Virus record (IMG/VR): IMGVR_UViG_3300027971_000002
Reading direction: 5' to 3' (one strand)
From: an uncultured virus (IMG/VR IMGVR_UViG_3300027971_000002)
Taxonomy: Duplodnaviria; Heunggongvirae; Uroviricota; Caudoviricetes
DNA: 64,000 nucleotides
In this document: piece by piece, positions 17,075-26,355 of the stretch
Numbering within the stretch: the first letter of the stretch is position 1
Layout: every line of letters starts with the position of its first letter
Notes under the pieces: model-generated
What the model saw: the letters and a program-made list of their open reading frames with translations, nothing else
Databases searched by the model: none
Told to the model about the DNA's origin: nothing
Program-made: the position numbers and the translations under genes

Positions 17075-17698
17075 CTACCTTTCTGCTGGCCTCGATGCAA
17101 CCGCCCCTGGGATGTCGCATTTACCACCAGAACAGGTAGTAATACCTGCTGTAACAGGTGAGCCTTCAGGTTCTGTCTTTGGACCTTCCCAAGGAACAGT
17201 ATTGTGGCAACGCCCGTTTACACAAGGCATTTCTTGCCCAGCTACAAACCTTATAGCGGTTCTGCGACCTGGGGTTAAATCACCAGGTTGTCCTTCGCCA
17301 CCATCTCGTTTAATTCCTTCTGCCATTGTCCAAGCCATAGCACGGTGTTTTTCTTTTTCTGGGCCTGCTGGAGCTTTCTTAAAAGAATCTACAACAACAC
17401 GCAGTCGCCGTGCAAACTCTTTGTCTGGCTGTCCAGTGTTTGGGGTAGTGCTTTCACGGCTCCAAGCCCTGTCAGCAACGCCTCTACTGTAATCTCTTTT
17501 TTCTGACTCTGCTGCTAATATTTTTTGACCTGGAAGACCTCGAGTTATTAGCGATGATTCATCGCCTCTTGCGCTAAATCTTGACTCATTAGCTTCTCTT
17601 ATATCATCTTCGGTAATGCCAGATGAAGGGTCTGGTCTAGAAAGTTCTCTGTCATCTTCCTCTGTAAAGTGTCTAACTTTCTTAGGCATTTGGAACAA
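17075..17698 (-). CDS. hypothetical protein
   Basis: 207 aa charged ORF with a C-terminal C-x4-C...C-x4-C. Confidence 0.65.
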   Translation of the reverse strand: MFQMPKKVRHFTEEDDRELSRPDPSSGITEDDIREANESRFSARGDESSLITRGLPGQKILAAESEKRDYSRGVADRAWSRESTTPNTGQPDKEFARRLRVVVDSFKKAPAGPEKEKHRAMAWTMAEGIKRDGGEGQPGDLTPGRRTAIRFVAGQEMPCVNGRCHNTVPWEGPKTEPEGSPVTAGITTCSGGKCDIPGAVASRPAER

Positions 17699-17990
17699 CT
17701 CTTCCGAACCAAGAACCCTTTGGAACTACTTTTACATTTCCTGTGCTCATAGATGCTTCGCGGAAATGAGAACCAGAGTTTCCTGCATACCACTCGTCAG
17801 CTTCGCGTGCAGCACGTTCAGCTTTTACAGCCTCGTGAACGCGACCTAGTGCAGCAAGCTCGTTTGCGCTTCCAGGCCCTACTGAACGCTTAGCGTCACG
17901 TGCACGGTCTCCTGGGAGAGGTGGAGTTCCTGAAGCACGACGTGCTTGAACGTCTGCAAGCTCTGCTTTATCTGCGTCTGTAAATGCCAT
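17682..17990 (-). CDS. hypothetical protein
   Basis: 102 aa Ala/Arg-rich ORF, RBS GAGG. Confidence 0.7.
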   Translation of the reverse strand: MAFTDADKAELADVQARRASGTPPLPGDRARDAKRSVGPGSANELAALGRVHEAVKAERAAREADEWYAGNSGSHFREASMSTGNVKVVPKGSWFGRVVPNA

Positions 17991-18000
17991 TTTAATTACC

Positions 18001-18174
18001 TCAATCTACCTGGTTAGTTCCAATAAAACCATGACCACCTGCTGGTCGTGGGTATTTCTTTGCAACATCTTCACGTGCTTTAGCAACTGCTTCGGGTGTT
18101 TTTAAACCTTGCTTTTTATTTTCATAGGTTTGACCTTTGAACGCAGGTTTAAATTGTTCTGTTTTTGGATTCAT
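18001..18174 (-). CDS. small basic protein (57 aa)
   Basis: Manual translation MNPKTEQFKP...; TAATG coupling. Confidence 0.6.
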   Translation of the reverse strand: MNPKTEQFKPAFKGQTYENKKQGLKTPEAVAKAREDVAKKYPRPAGGHGFIGTNQVD

Positions 18175-18383
18175 TAGTTACCTAATGGGTTAACCTTTGC
18201 TGGTTCTTCTGAGTTAATAAAACCGTAGTTCATATATGGATGTAGACCAGCGCGGTTCTTGCTAGTTAACTGGTCTCCTTGTCCTGGAGCTACAGTTGTA
18301 TTAGGACGACGCTTACGATACTTGCCGTCTGTTGCGCCTTCTAACATATCTGCGTTCTCTGAACGCGCTTTTCTGACGGTCAT
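18174..18383 (-). CDS. small hypothetical protein
   Basis: 69 aa ORF, coupled on both sides. Confidence 0.7.
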   Translation of the reverse strand: MTVRKARSENADMLEGATDGKYRKRRPNTTVAPGQGDQLTSKNRAGLHPYMNYGFINSEEPAKVNPLGN

Positions 18384-18610
18384 GGTGCCATCCTATTCTT
18401 TAATAATTTGCTCGCGTTTCTGCGTGAGCAGCTGTGGCAGTGGTCTGCACTCATAGCCTGTACAGGGTTTAGGTTTGACCCACAACTCTTACATGCTTTA
18501 GAACCATTGTAGAGGGTTTCTTTTAATTTTTGTTGTGATTCTAGGGACAAGTCAATAGACCCAGCCATGCCTTCGCCGGTAGAGTCTGTGAATAATCCTG
18601 GGTCTTTCAT
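18380..18610 (-). CDS. small Zn-finger protein
   Basis: CKSC...CHSC. Confidence 0.7.
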   Translation of the reverse strand: MKDPGLFTDSTGEGMAGSIDLSLESQQKLKETLYNGSKACKSCGSNLNPVQAMSADHCHSCSRRNASKLLKNRMAP

Positions 18611-18614
18611 TTCT

Positions 18615-18929
18615 TTATTGACGCCTCTGCATGTTTTCTGTTTGCTCTTCTTTGCTTACCATTGGGGTGTGGTCTGGGTGTCCTTGAGGGAACGGGCTTA
18701 CCCAACCATGTTTTGCTTGATACGCACTTTTAGTTAGCATTGGGGCGTCTTTGGCCGCAGTTCCTCGGCTAGTTCTATCTACTTCTGTGCGGTACTCTGT
18801 TTTCTGTGGACGCATATTAGCTGTTTGCTGTTCAGGACTTACGTACTCGGTACGGTTTTCGTGGCCAATAGGCCAAGGACTTACCCAATCTGGGGCTGCG
18901 GCTGCAAAATCTGCTTTATTACGTGGCAT
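18615..18929 (-). CDS. hypothetical protein with an internal duplication
   Basis: WVSPWPIGH...VSPEQQTANMR and WVSPFPQGH...VSKEEQTENMQ. Confidence 0.7.
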   Translation of the reverse strand: MPRNKADFAAAAPDWVSPWPIGHENRTEYVSPEQQTANMRPQKTEYRTEVDRTSRGTAAKDAPMLTKSAYQAKHGWVSPFPQGHPDHTPMVSKEEQTENMQRRQ

Positions 18930-19306
18930 TAAATTGACCCTCCTAAGGTGTTACGGCTTGTTGACTGCGTTGTGTTAGGTAGTTGTGAGTGGTCTGCTTC
19001 AACACGTTGTTGTACCGCCCTACCTTGCAACTCAACAATATCTTTAATTCCGAACTCTGTAATTGTATACCCTAATTTATCTGGAAATAGCTCTACCTGA
19101 GGTAAATTTGGGCGCACATATTGTTGAACTTCTTCTGAGGTCATCTGACCTACAGCAATTGCCTGTGTCATTAGGCGTTCTGAATTACTTTGAAAAGGCC
19201 CAAGGTAGGATTGCGGGGGAAATGCAGCCTGTTCTGGGGCTATAAGCCCAGGTCGGTCTTTATCCCAAGCTCTGTACCCGTGCTTTCCGTCGGCATGTCT
19301 TGTCAT
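18929..19306 (-). CDS. hypothetical protein
   Basis: 125 aa ORF in operon context. Confidence 0.7.
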   Translation of the reverse strand: MTRHADGKHGYRAWDKDRPGLIAPEQAAFPPQSYLGPFQSNSERLMTQAIAVGQMTSEEVQQYVRPNLPQVELFPDKLGYTITEFGIKDIVELQGRAVQQRVEADHSQLPNTTQSTSRNTLGGSI

Positions 19307-19846
19307 TTACTTCCAGCTCGGGCTCATGTTACGCATTTGACTCTGGCGAACTTGGTTTATTTGCATAGGCGAATCACTCTTTGCAATAGGACCTGCTTTT
19401 CCATCATTTGGTAGGTGAGGTGCTGGAGCAAGTGTTGACATTGGAGTATTGCGAGCTACTCTAACAACGTTTCCATCTACCATTCCGCGCATTTGTCTGC
19501 GTACACCGCGGTCTGGTTCTAATCCTGCTGGATAATAATAATCTGAAGCGTCAATGCGTTCTCCGCGGTGAACACCACGCTGGTATGAACGCTGGCCTAC
19601 TCTAGTTTTTAAACTATCCATTACTTTGTCAGAAGTACTGGATGGTCGTCCTCGGTCATCACGACGTGAACGAATAGTTCCTAAATAACCATCTGGATAT
19701 TCTGCAGAAGGTTGACGACCAACACCTAAACGTAAAAAGTCTAAGTCAGAGCGTGCAACTGGAGAACCGCCACCACCGTAGTTAGTGTACGTTCCTTGTA
19801 AACCACCCGCTCCGAGTGACTGCACATTTTGATGCGTGTTTGGCAT
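19307..19846 (-). CDS. Arg/Gly-rich hypothetical protein
   Basis: In-frame ATG at 19846 (MPNTHQ); PSAEYPDGYLGT..SRR.DR motif. Confidence 0.75.
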   Translation of the reverse strand: MPNTHQNVQSLGAGGLQGTYTNYGGGGSPVARSDLDFLRLGVGRQPSAEYPDGYLGTIRSRRDDRGRPSSTSDKVMDSLKTRVGQRSYQRGVHRGERIDASDYYYPAGLEPDRGVRRQMRGMVDGNVVRVARNTPMSTLAPAPHLPNDGKAGPIAKSDSPMQINQVRQSQMRNMSPSWK

Positions 19847-19850
19847 ACCA

Positions 19851-21056
19851 TTATGGTAAACGATTTTCTCCTGCAATAACTGCTAAATCTCGTCGTGGGT
19901 CATACCCGTCACCAACAACTAATGAAACAATACCTGTGGGTGACTCTAACCCGCTCTTGTCACGGAACCAAGCACTTCCACCATCCATGGCAGGTACTTG
20001 AATCCATAAACGGGGGCCAATCTGGTCGGCGCGAAAATGGTGAAAGTGACCTGTCAATAAAACATCTGCTTGACCTACTGGTGTTCTACCAGTTGCTTGG
20101 CCAGAAATCCACTTACCCATATCTTTAGCTTGATGTCCGTGAGCCATACCAATAGTAGTTCCACCTAAATCAATTGCTAACGTTGCGTGGTCAGCACTTG
20201 GGTAATAAAACTTAACGTGAGATAACGCTGGGTTCTCCGCACATGCGTCTTGAACAGCCGAAACAATGTCAATTTGCCAAGAATCTGTTGGGTCGGTCAT
20301 CATAATTCTATGTGTTTCATCGTGGTTGCCTGGAACTACTGGGATTATTAACTCTTCGCATAACGGAGCAAATGCCTTGACCCAAGCCATAAGTACTCGA
20401 CGTCCTATGCGTACCTGCTGGGTAACTCCTAAATCACTACGCCCCAATACCTTTCCGTTTTGACTTGTAGAACCTTCAATACAATCCCCTAACTGAGGTA
20501 GAACTACTGTTCCTATGTTTCGCCCAATTTTTAACAACTCTTTGTGACGCGCAACAGACTCATCTATAGCATTCATAACTCTAGCAACGGTTGCTTCTGT
20601 TCCGCCATTTGCATCTTTTCCATACTGAGTGTCACCAATTGCGTAAATAGCAAATAGGGGCCCTGTTGCTTTATTAACTTTTGTTGGTTTCCATTTACTT
20701 ATGCTTGCTACCAACTCGTTGTAATCAAGGTCTTTGTCGCCACGTGCTTGATAAGCAGGCTTTACTGATACTCGTGCTGCTTCTAACCACTCACCATCAA
20801 ATCGTTGCCAACGGCTTTTACGAACGCTAACTACTACCCAAACAGATGGGTCTAAATCAAAATCTTTAAACATATCTACAGCATCTGGAAGTTCTCCAGC
20901 AGTGTGCGGAACTGAAACAAAATAACCGCCATCAGGACCAATATCTAAACGCGCCCTATAGTCTTGTGGCACGTTAGATTTTTTAACATCAGCCTCTAAA
21001 CCATTTAAATCTGCTGTTATTAAAGCTTTTTTTAAAGCATTTAATTTTTCTGACAT
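19851..21056 (-). CDS. calcineurin-like metallophosphoesterase
   Basis: GDTQ, LGD, GNHD, HGH and GHFHH motifs. Confidence 0.9.
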   Translation of the reverse strand: MSEKLNALKKALITADLNGLEADVKKSNVPQDYRARLDIGPDGGYFVSVPHTAGELPDAVDMFKDFDLDPSVWVVVSVRKSRWQRFDGEWLEAARVSVKPAYQARGDKDLDYNELVASISKWKPTKVNKATGPLFAIYAIGDTQYGKDANGGTEATVARVMNAIDESVARHKELLKIGRNIGTVVLPQLGDCIEGSTSQNGKVLGRSDLGVTQQVRIGRRVLMAWVKAFAPLCEELIIPVVPGNHDETHRIMMTDPTDSWQIDIVSAVQDACAENPALSHVKFYYPSADHATLAIDLGGTTIGMAHGHQAKDMGKWISGQATGRTPVGQADVLLTGHFHHFRADQIGPRLWIQVPAMDGGSAWFRDKSGLESPTGIVSLVVGDGYDPRRDLAVIAGENRLP

Positions 21057-21316
21057 AAACAATACCCCCGCAAGTGTGAACGAAATGCGGTTAAACCAAG
21101 TGGCAAATAACCACCTTCGTTTAACTCTTTATATAACACTGCTAATTTTATGTTTTTGCTTTTTTCTTTAATTAATTTAAAAGTTTCTTGCTCTTCTTCC
21201 GAAAGCGTTTCTATCCAAAGGGCTGCACCGCACTTTGTTGACGGCCCTTCTAAATGCTTACTTAGAATATCTAACACGTCTGCTCCCTCGTCTGTGATGA
21301 ATCTGCAACTCATCAA
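21041..21316 (-). CDS. hypothetical protein
   Basis: C...HLRG.C.C pattern; start position uncertain. Confidence 0.65.
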   Translation of the reverse strand: MMSCRFITDEGADVLDILSKHLEGPSTKCGAALWIETLSEEEQETFKLIKEKSKNIKLAVLYKELNEGGYLPLGLTAFRSHLRGYCLCQKN

Positions 21317-21336
21317 AGCCTAGCACAAAAGAACAA

Positions 21337-21372
21337 CAAAAAACCCCCGGCAACTAAGTGCCGAGGGCTTTT
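21337..21372. terminator. probable bidirectional terminator
   Basis: AAAAAACCCCCGGCA-actaag-TGCCGAGGGCTTTT. Confidence 0.6.
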
Positions 21373-21386
21373 AGGTGGGCCTGTAA

Positions 21387-21734
21387 TTAGGCCATGGAAT
21401 CGTTCATTGAGTCGTCGAAGTTAGGACGTGAACGGTTCACAGCGGATGACAATAGTCTTCCGTTGCCCTGCGTAGACGTAGCTTCTGGAGCTGTGTACGA
21501 AGGCATTTTTGCTCTAATTCCGTAGGTTGCGCCATTACGTCCTTGAGCATTTGGGCTCAATACGTTTGGTCGTGAAGGTTTTGCTTGTGCGTATGGGTCT
21601 CCAGCAGCGGTGTTCTTCTTCTTAATAAGCGTTCCGCGCTCTGGCATTGCTACCTTTGCGTGTGCGCTAGAAGAAACTGATGGCGCTGTAGAGTTTGGAG
21701 CGATGTTCTTCTTGCTCTTTGTTGAATCTTTCAT
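21387..21734 (-). CDS. basic low-complexity protein
   Basis: 115 aa ORF, RBS AAAGGA, followed by a terminator. Confidence 0.7.
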   Translation of the reverse strand: MKDSTKSKKNIAPNSTAPSVSSSAHAKVAMPERGTLIKKKNTAAGDPYAQAKPSRPNVLSPNAQGRNGATYGIRAKMPSYTAPEATSTQGNGRLLSSAVNRSRPNFDDSMNDSMA

Positions 21735-21796
21735 TGGGTTTCCTTTGGCCTAAAGGGTTTATCAAACAATAACTGTTTTATTATTATTTGTCTGTA

Positions 21797-22081
21797 CTAA
21801 CTAGCTGTTACTACGAATACAATCGCCGAAATTTGACCATCGTGTGACTCAATTGAGGCAAAGCCCGGAATACAAACTAGGTCTAGGCCTCGTGGGGCGG
21901 TATACCCGCGAGCAATAGCAATAGCTTTTACAGCCTGGTTTACTGCTCCTGCGCCTACAGCTCGAATCTTGCAAGTTCTTGTCTCATAAATGCTATGAGC
22001 AATAGCAGAAGCTAGCGACTGAGGATTGGACCCCGCGCTTACCCTTAAAATATGGTCGTCTTCTTGTGGTGTATCTGTCAT
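21797..22081 (-). CDS. spoVS: stage V sporulation protein S family (Alba-like fold)
   Basis: LRVSAGSNP.SLA.AIA, IRAVGAGAVNQAVKAIAIARGY, CIPGF, ISAIVF. Confidence 0.9.
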   Translation of the reverse strand: MTDTPQEDDHILRVSAGSNPQSLASAIAHSIYETRTCKIRAVGAGAVNQAVKAIAIARGYTAPRGLDLVCIPGFASIESHDGQISAIVFVVTAS

Positions 22082-22159
22082 GTTTTGCTCCTTGGGTTAC
22101 GAATGTTGTTCGGTTCAAGAAGTAATTGTGAGGTGTATTTGAGGGTTTTTCAGCGTAAA

Positions 22160-22375
22160 CTACGGGCGGTCTAAGGGGGTAGGGGCCTTGGCGTAAGTGC
22201 CACAAATGCAGCATTCCATATCTAATAAGTATTGACTTATCTCATAATCCTCAAACTGCACTTTTAAGTTCCAAAGACTTGACTCACATACTGGACACTC
22301 GTGGCAAATTAATTCCGCGTAGTCCATACTACCAGTGTAATCAGGCTTTAAAGCTCTGATAGGTAGCTCCGTCAT
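22160..22375 (-). CDS. small Zn-ribbon protein
   Basis: CPVC...C..CG..A.APTP.D; ATGA overlap at 22375. Confidence 0.7.
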   Translation of the reverse strand: MTELPIRALKPDYTGSMDYAELICHECPVCESSLWNLKVQFEDYEISQYLLDMECCICGTYAKAPTPLDRP

Positions 22376-22542
22376 CCTTGGCCGCCCCAACCGCCACCTT
22401 TAAACTGTACTGCGGGCGGTGTGTATGACTTAATCATAAACTCCCCGCACCCTTCACAGGTGGGGCGCTGGACGGCATCAAATGCAAAATGCATCTCTAC
22501 TGTACGGTCACAGTTCATGCACACAAAATCATACACGGGCAT
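22372..22542 (-). CDS. FmdB-family zinc-ribbon protein
   Basis: Manual translation MPVYDFVCMNC...CEGCG...VQFKGGGW. Confidence 0.8.
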   Translation of the reverse strand: MPVYDFVCMNCDRTVEMHFAFDAVQRPTCEGCGEFMIKSYTPPAVQFKGGGWGGQG

Positions 22543-22744
22543 GGTTTTGCCTTTCTGTGTGTTGATAAAACGTCACTTCGTGATACCTACACGTTTTATA
22601 CATCTTTTGATATGAGTGAGGTTCAAACTTAGCCCCAGGAATCTTATCGTTGCACTCACACACTTTTCGGTACTCAGATTCTAACCGCTTTACGTCATCT
22701 TTAGCTTGACGCAATTGCATTAATATCTTGTGGGCTTCACTCAT
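22529..22744 (-). CDS. hypothetical protein
   Basis: 71 aa ORF in operon context. Confidence 0.6.
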   Translation of the reverse strand: MSEAHKILMQLRQAKDDVKRLESEYRKVCECNDKIPGAKFEPHSYQKMYKTCRYHEVTFYQHTERQNHARV

Positions 22745-22747
22745 AAT

Positions 22748-23320
22748 TTATTTCTCCCTGAACTTTGGGTCTTGCAGCTTATCGTACACTTCTTTTTCAA
22801 CTTCCCGAGTATGACTGCCAGACACTAGATGAGCTAAACCGTATGAGTCAGCGGCGTTGTCGTCGTTAAACTCTACGCCCCACTTCTTATACACGCTTAG
22901 CAACATCTGACTTTTAGATACAGAGTTGCCTTTACCAGCTACATATTTCTTAAGGTTAGTGGGAGGAACAATAAGTGGGTACTGGCCCTGACGGTCATTA
23001 AAATAAGAATAAAGACTGAGCTTTACAATTCCGCCAAGCTCACCTGCCATATTAGCCATCTGGCTACCAAAGGCGTAGCCTTCCATGCAGGTGTCTTTAA
23101 TAATATTGCCTTGCTCTTCAACTACTTTAAGCGTCTCGGTAGTTGAAACGTAAACTAAAGCTAAACGGCGAATCCCCATATCTTCAAACCTTTTTACTGT
23201 AGTTATGTATGAGCCGTCAGTACCTAAAAAAGTCATAGCGAATCCGCTATATGACTGGTCAATACCTAAATATGTCTCTACGCCTTCAGTAAGTCCTGGG
23301 CCAAACGACTTTACTTTCAT
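22748..23320 (-). CDS. ruvC: RuvC-like Holliday junction resolvase
   Basis: LGIDQS, MEGY, ELGG, P...KK...GKG...K, D..ADS motifs. Confidence 0.85.
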   Translation of the reverse strand: MKVKSFGPGLTEGVETYLGIDQSYSGFAMTFLGTDGSYITTVKRFEDMGIRRLALVYVSTTETLKVVEEQGNIIKDTCMEGYAFGSQMANMAGELGGIVKLSLYSYFNDRQGQYPLIVPPTNLKKYVAGKGNSVSKSQMLLSVYKKWGVEFNDDNAADSYGLAHLVSGSHTREVEKEVYDKLQDPKFREK

Positions 23321-23808
23321 GGGAACATTCTATCGCTGCGGTTACGCAAGCTTGAGGTGCGTCTAGTTAGTTCTCTGCTTACCAATGCGGTATCTCTTTC
23401 TACGTTATTTACCATTACTTCAAGAAGTTTGCGGTAGTTGTACCGAGCAGAATGAACTTCTTTTAACTCAACAACTTTTGGGTTTGTAGCCACATGCGCT
23501 TTTACCAACGAAGCTAGGCTAGTTTTACCAGCGTAAGACTGCAAAAAAGCAACGCCCTCTTCATAATCTAAACTACGTTCTGAGTCGCGCTCATCAATCA
23601 TGGCGCAAGCAAACTGTGTAGCTAAAAAGTTGTTATAGGCAGTTAACTTTGAAAACAATAACATTAAATCTTCATCACCAATTTCTGTGATATCAACTGG
23701 AAGTTCTGGAGTTTCCATTTTCATAGTGGTTCTAACTTGTAAACCCTGATGCTTGAGTACTTCTAGAACAACATCTCCGTGACCCGGTTGAATATGCATA
23801 TCAGCCAT
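23317..23808 (-). CDS. helical protein, possibly a UvsY-like recombination mediator
   Basis: All-helical, ends SRELTRR, sits in the RecA block; function inferred from context. Confidence 0.4.
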   Translation of the reverse strand: MADMHIQPGHGDVVLEVLKHQGLQVRTTMKMETPELPVDITEIGDEDLMLLFSKLTAYNNFLATQFACAMIDERDSERSLDYEEGVAFLQSYAGKTSLASLVKAHVATNPKVVELKEVHSARYNYRKLLEVMVNNVERDTALVSRELTRRTSSLRNRSDRMFP

Positions 23809-24664
23809 TGATTTCCTCCTTGTAAGGTGTGCACTTGTAACAACCTATTTCACCATTAATGTTACACCCGGGAGGTTCTTTAGCGTCAAGTCTAGCCATT
23901 AAATCTTCACAGGCTTCTAAAATAGTAGTTATACCGAAATCGCTCTTCTTAACAACAAATTCTTTTGGCTCTTGAGACGCCTTGTTTTCATAAAGAAACA
24001 ACGCCTCTTGTGGTTGATGTGGCAAGTTAATTAACTCTGCTAACTTCATATACATCTGTGCCTGCATTATGTGGCTCATAAATGGAGCCTTAAGAACCTT
24101 CCACATAGATTCAATCTCACCGTTATGTGCGTACATTAACTCAGGGGCTTCAAATCTAAACGTTCCTGCGCCTACAGATTTAATCTCTAGCAACAAAGGC
24201 TCACCAAAACCTAACAAGATACCGTCTGCATGCCCCGAAATTCTAAGGGGGTCGTACATTAAAGATACTTCTTTGTAAGAGTGAGACTTGCCGTCGCAAA
24301 CTGCGCACGGGTCAACACCCATACTCCAATTTATTAACCCACACGAATCACAAGAGTACTTTCCATACAATCTACCCATTTCGTGAAAGATAGTTTGCCA
24401 GCCCGCATGGATATCGTGGCCAAGTTGGAACACACGTTTTTGTCTCAAACTTGTTTTGTACTTACTTGGGGGAGGGGGAAAGCCTAATAATTGAAAGTAA
24501 GAAGAGCGGTGACACCAATCTGATTTAATAATCTCAGATGGATGTAAAACAGTTGTGGAGCGGCTTGTGTCTTTTGGCTGCGTCATTACGTGCCGCTCAA
24601 CAGACCCCAAGACTCTGCTAGGAATCTTACTTATATTAGCAAAGTCTTTTAGTGAGCCACTCAT
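23801..24664 (-). CDS. Cas4-like PD-(D/E)XK exonuclease
   Basis: HPS....C.R, G..IH, GHADG, EIKS, Q.Q.Y, C-terminal C..C.Y. Confidence 0.85.
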   Translation of the reverse strand: MSGSLKDFANISKIPSRVLGSVERHVMTQPKDTSRSTTVLHPSEIIKSDWCHRSSYFQLLGFPPPPSKYKTSLRQKRVFQLGHDIHAGWQTIFHEMGRLYGKYSCDSCGLINWSMGVDPCAVCDGKSHSYKEVSLMYDPLRISGHADGILLGFGEPLLLEIKSVGAGTFRFEAPELMYAHNGEIESMWKVLKAPFMSHIMQAQMYMKLAELINLPHQPQEALFLYENKASQEPKEFVVKKSDFGITTILEACEDLMARLDAKEPPGCNINGEIGCYKCTPYKEEING

Positions 24665-24981
24665 GATTTGTTTTTGTTAACCCATTCTTCTAATGTTGCT
24701 CCGTGTTTTTCAGCTTTCCTTCTTAACGCATTTCTTTCCCTGTGACTAAGTCCGCCCCAAATACCGTGCTGTTCGTCGTTACTTTCTGCGTAAAGTAAAC
24801 AAGCAATCCTTACTGGACATTCTGGCAGACCGTCCTTACCCAAGCAAATTGACTTTGCTTCGTTAGCAATTACTTTATATAAATCTTTATCTCGTGGAGG
24901 AAACCACATTTCAGTGTCGTAGCCTTTGCATTTAGCATCGTAACGCCACTTCTCTACACCTTCGTCTTCGTACAAGAGCAC
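24661..24981 (-). CDS. whiB: WhiB-family transcription factor
   Basis: W...AKC, FPP, AK.IC, CPV..AC, GIWGGLS..ER. Confidence 0.9.
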   Translation of the reverse strand: MLLYEDEGVEKWRYDAKCKGYDTEMWFPPRDKDLYKVIANEAKSICLGKDGLPECPVRIACLLYAESNDEQHGIWGGLSHRERNALRRKAEKHGATLEEWVNKNKS

Positions 24982-25292
24982 TCCTGAAGTTTATGGCGCA
25001 GCTCTAGGAAATCGTCCTCTAATAACAAAACATAGTTCTCTTCATTAAGATGAAAACCAAGGACAGGCATTCGACCGTCAAGAATTGCTTCTGTAACAAT
25101 CTTTTCTAGAACCGCAGCCTTTACGGATACGGAAGCTTTGCCGGTCCACTTATGCTCTACGAGCAAATCTTTAGACCTGACATCACCTTTTCGACTCCAA
25201 AAAGCTCCGCTTGCAGCAGTACGCTGTCCGCTGATTTTTTTAGCGAGTCTATCCTCGTGCTTCCTTGATTCTTTTTGTCCTTTACTCTTCAT
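24954..25292 (-). CDS. Hjc-like PD-(D/E)XK Holliday junction resolvase
   Basis: HE..LAK, SGA....KGDV, VEHK.T. Confidence 0.7.
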   Translation of the reverse strand: MKSKGQKESRKHEDRLAKKISGQRTAASGAFWSRKGDVRSKDLLVEHKWTGKASVSVKAAVLEKIVTEAILDGRMPVLGFHLNEENYVLLLEDDFLELRHKLQECSCTKTKV

Positions 25293-26355
25293 CGTCAGGT
25301 TCTACTACGTACTTAGAACCAGCCTTGACAGTCTCAAGAACATCCTTCTCCAGTGTCTCTCGGAGGTCAATCTCCTCCTTGATAGAGCTAACCATAGCAT
25401 CTGCGCCTTGCCACTGTCGTTCGGCATATCGGTAATACGCACCTGCTCGTACGATAACTTTATTAATAATGCCAAGAGCCACAATTTCCTTAGCAAAATC
25501 GTATTCGCCTGGGTCTACAGTGCCACCCTCAGCAAAGTAAAAGTCAATATAACCAACTTGTGACGGTGGGGCTGACTTATTTTTAATGGTTCGAGCCTTA
25601 ATAGTCTGGCCTACACGACGCTTAGAGTCGCCAGAGCCAACCTCAATCCAGTCATCTCGTTTAATCTCAACGCGGGTAAAGTAACTGTAGTTCTTTCCCT
25701 TACCACCAGGGGTAGTTCTAGGGTCACCGTACATAACACCTACACGGTCACGCCACTGGTTAATCATAATGCCAATAAACGGGCGCTCTATTTCAATAAG
25801 GCTGCGCTTTGAAGCAAGACCAACTTTACGGAAAAACTTATTAGTTAGAAGCGCTCCTCGTCCGACGGTGTACTCATCCATTTCTTTCTCATCTTCCGCT
25901 CCTGGAACAAGAGCAGGGAGTGAGTCAATAACAATGCAATCAGCACCCTTGCTTTCAACGACTTGAATAACCGCTTCATAGGCTTCCTCCATAATATTCG
26001 TAGATATAACAAACACGCGGTTAATGTCTACACCGCATAGCTCTGCGTAAGAAGGGACCCACTGCTCTGCAGCAACCCACACAGTTGTAAACTCTGGGTC
26101 TCTCTTTTGATTAGCAGCAATAGTTTTAAGCGCAATAGCCGTCTTACCGTTAGATTCTTCTCCAACAATTTCGTGCCATTGATTGGTTGGCCAACCTCCA
26201 CCTAGCGCTACATCTAACGCAAGTGAGCCTGTTGTAACACGACCAATTAGGTCGTCTCGTATGTCTGTTCCAATTACTACTGTCTCTGGCCCAAACTTTT
26301 TATTTAACTTAGCAATTACTTTTAATAGTTCTGGATTCATTGTTGACTTGGTCAT
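25282..26355 (-). CDS. recA: RecA-like recombinase
   Basis: TGSLALD.ALGGG.P, GEESNGKT, IDSL.ALVP..E, INQ.R...GVMYGDP.TTPGG, KNK. Confidence 0.95.
   Translation of the reverse strand: MTKSTMNPELLKVIAKLNKKFGPETVVIGTDIRDDLIGRVTTGSLALDVALGGGWPTNQWHEIVGEESNGKTAIALKTIAANQKRDPEFTTVWVAAEQWVPSYAELCGVDINRVFVISTNIMEEAYEAVIQVVESKGADCIVIDSLPALVPGAEDEKEMDEYTVGRGALLTNKFFRKVGLASKRSLIEIERPFIGIMINQWRDRVGVMYGDPRTTPGGKGKNYSYFTRVEIKRDDWIEVGSGDSKRRVGQTIKARTIKNKSAPPSQVGYIDFYFAEGGTVDPGEYDFAKEIVALGIINKVIVRAGAYYRYAERQWQGADAMVSSIKEEIDLRETLEKDVLETVKAGSKYVVEPDDEE

Noticed and set aside
23801..24664. Cas4-like gene as evidence of a CRISPR-Cas system
   Set aside because: Stand-alone Cas4-like nucleases are common in phage recombination modules, and no other cas genes or array are present
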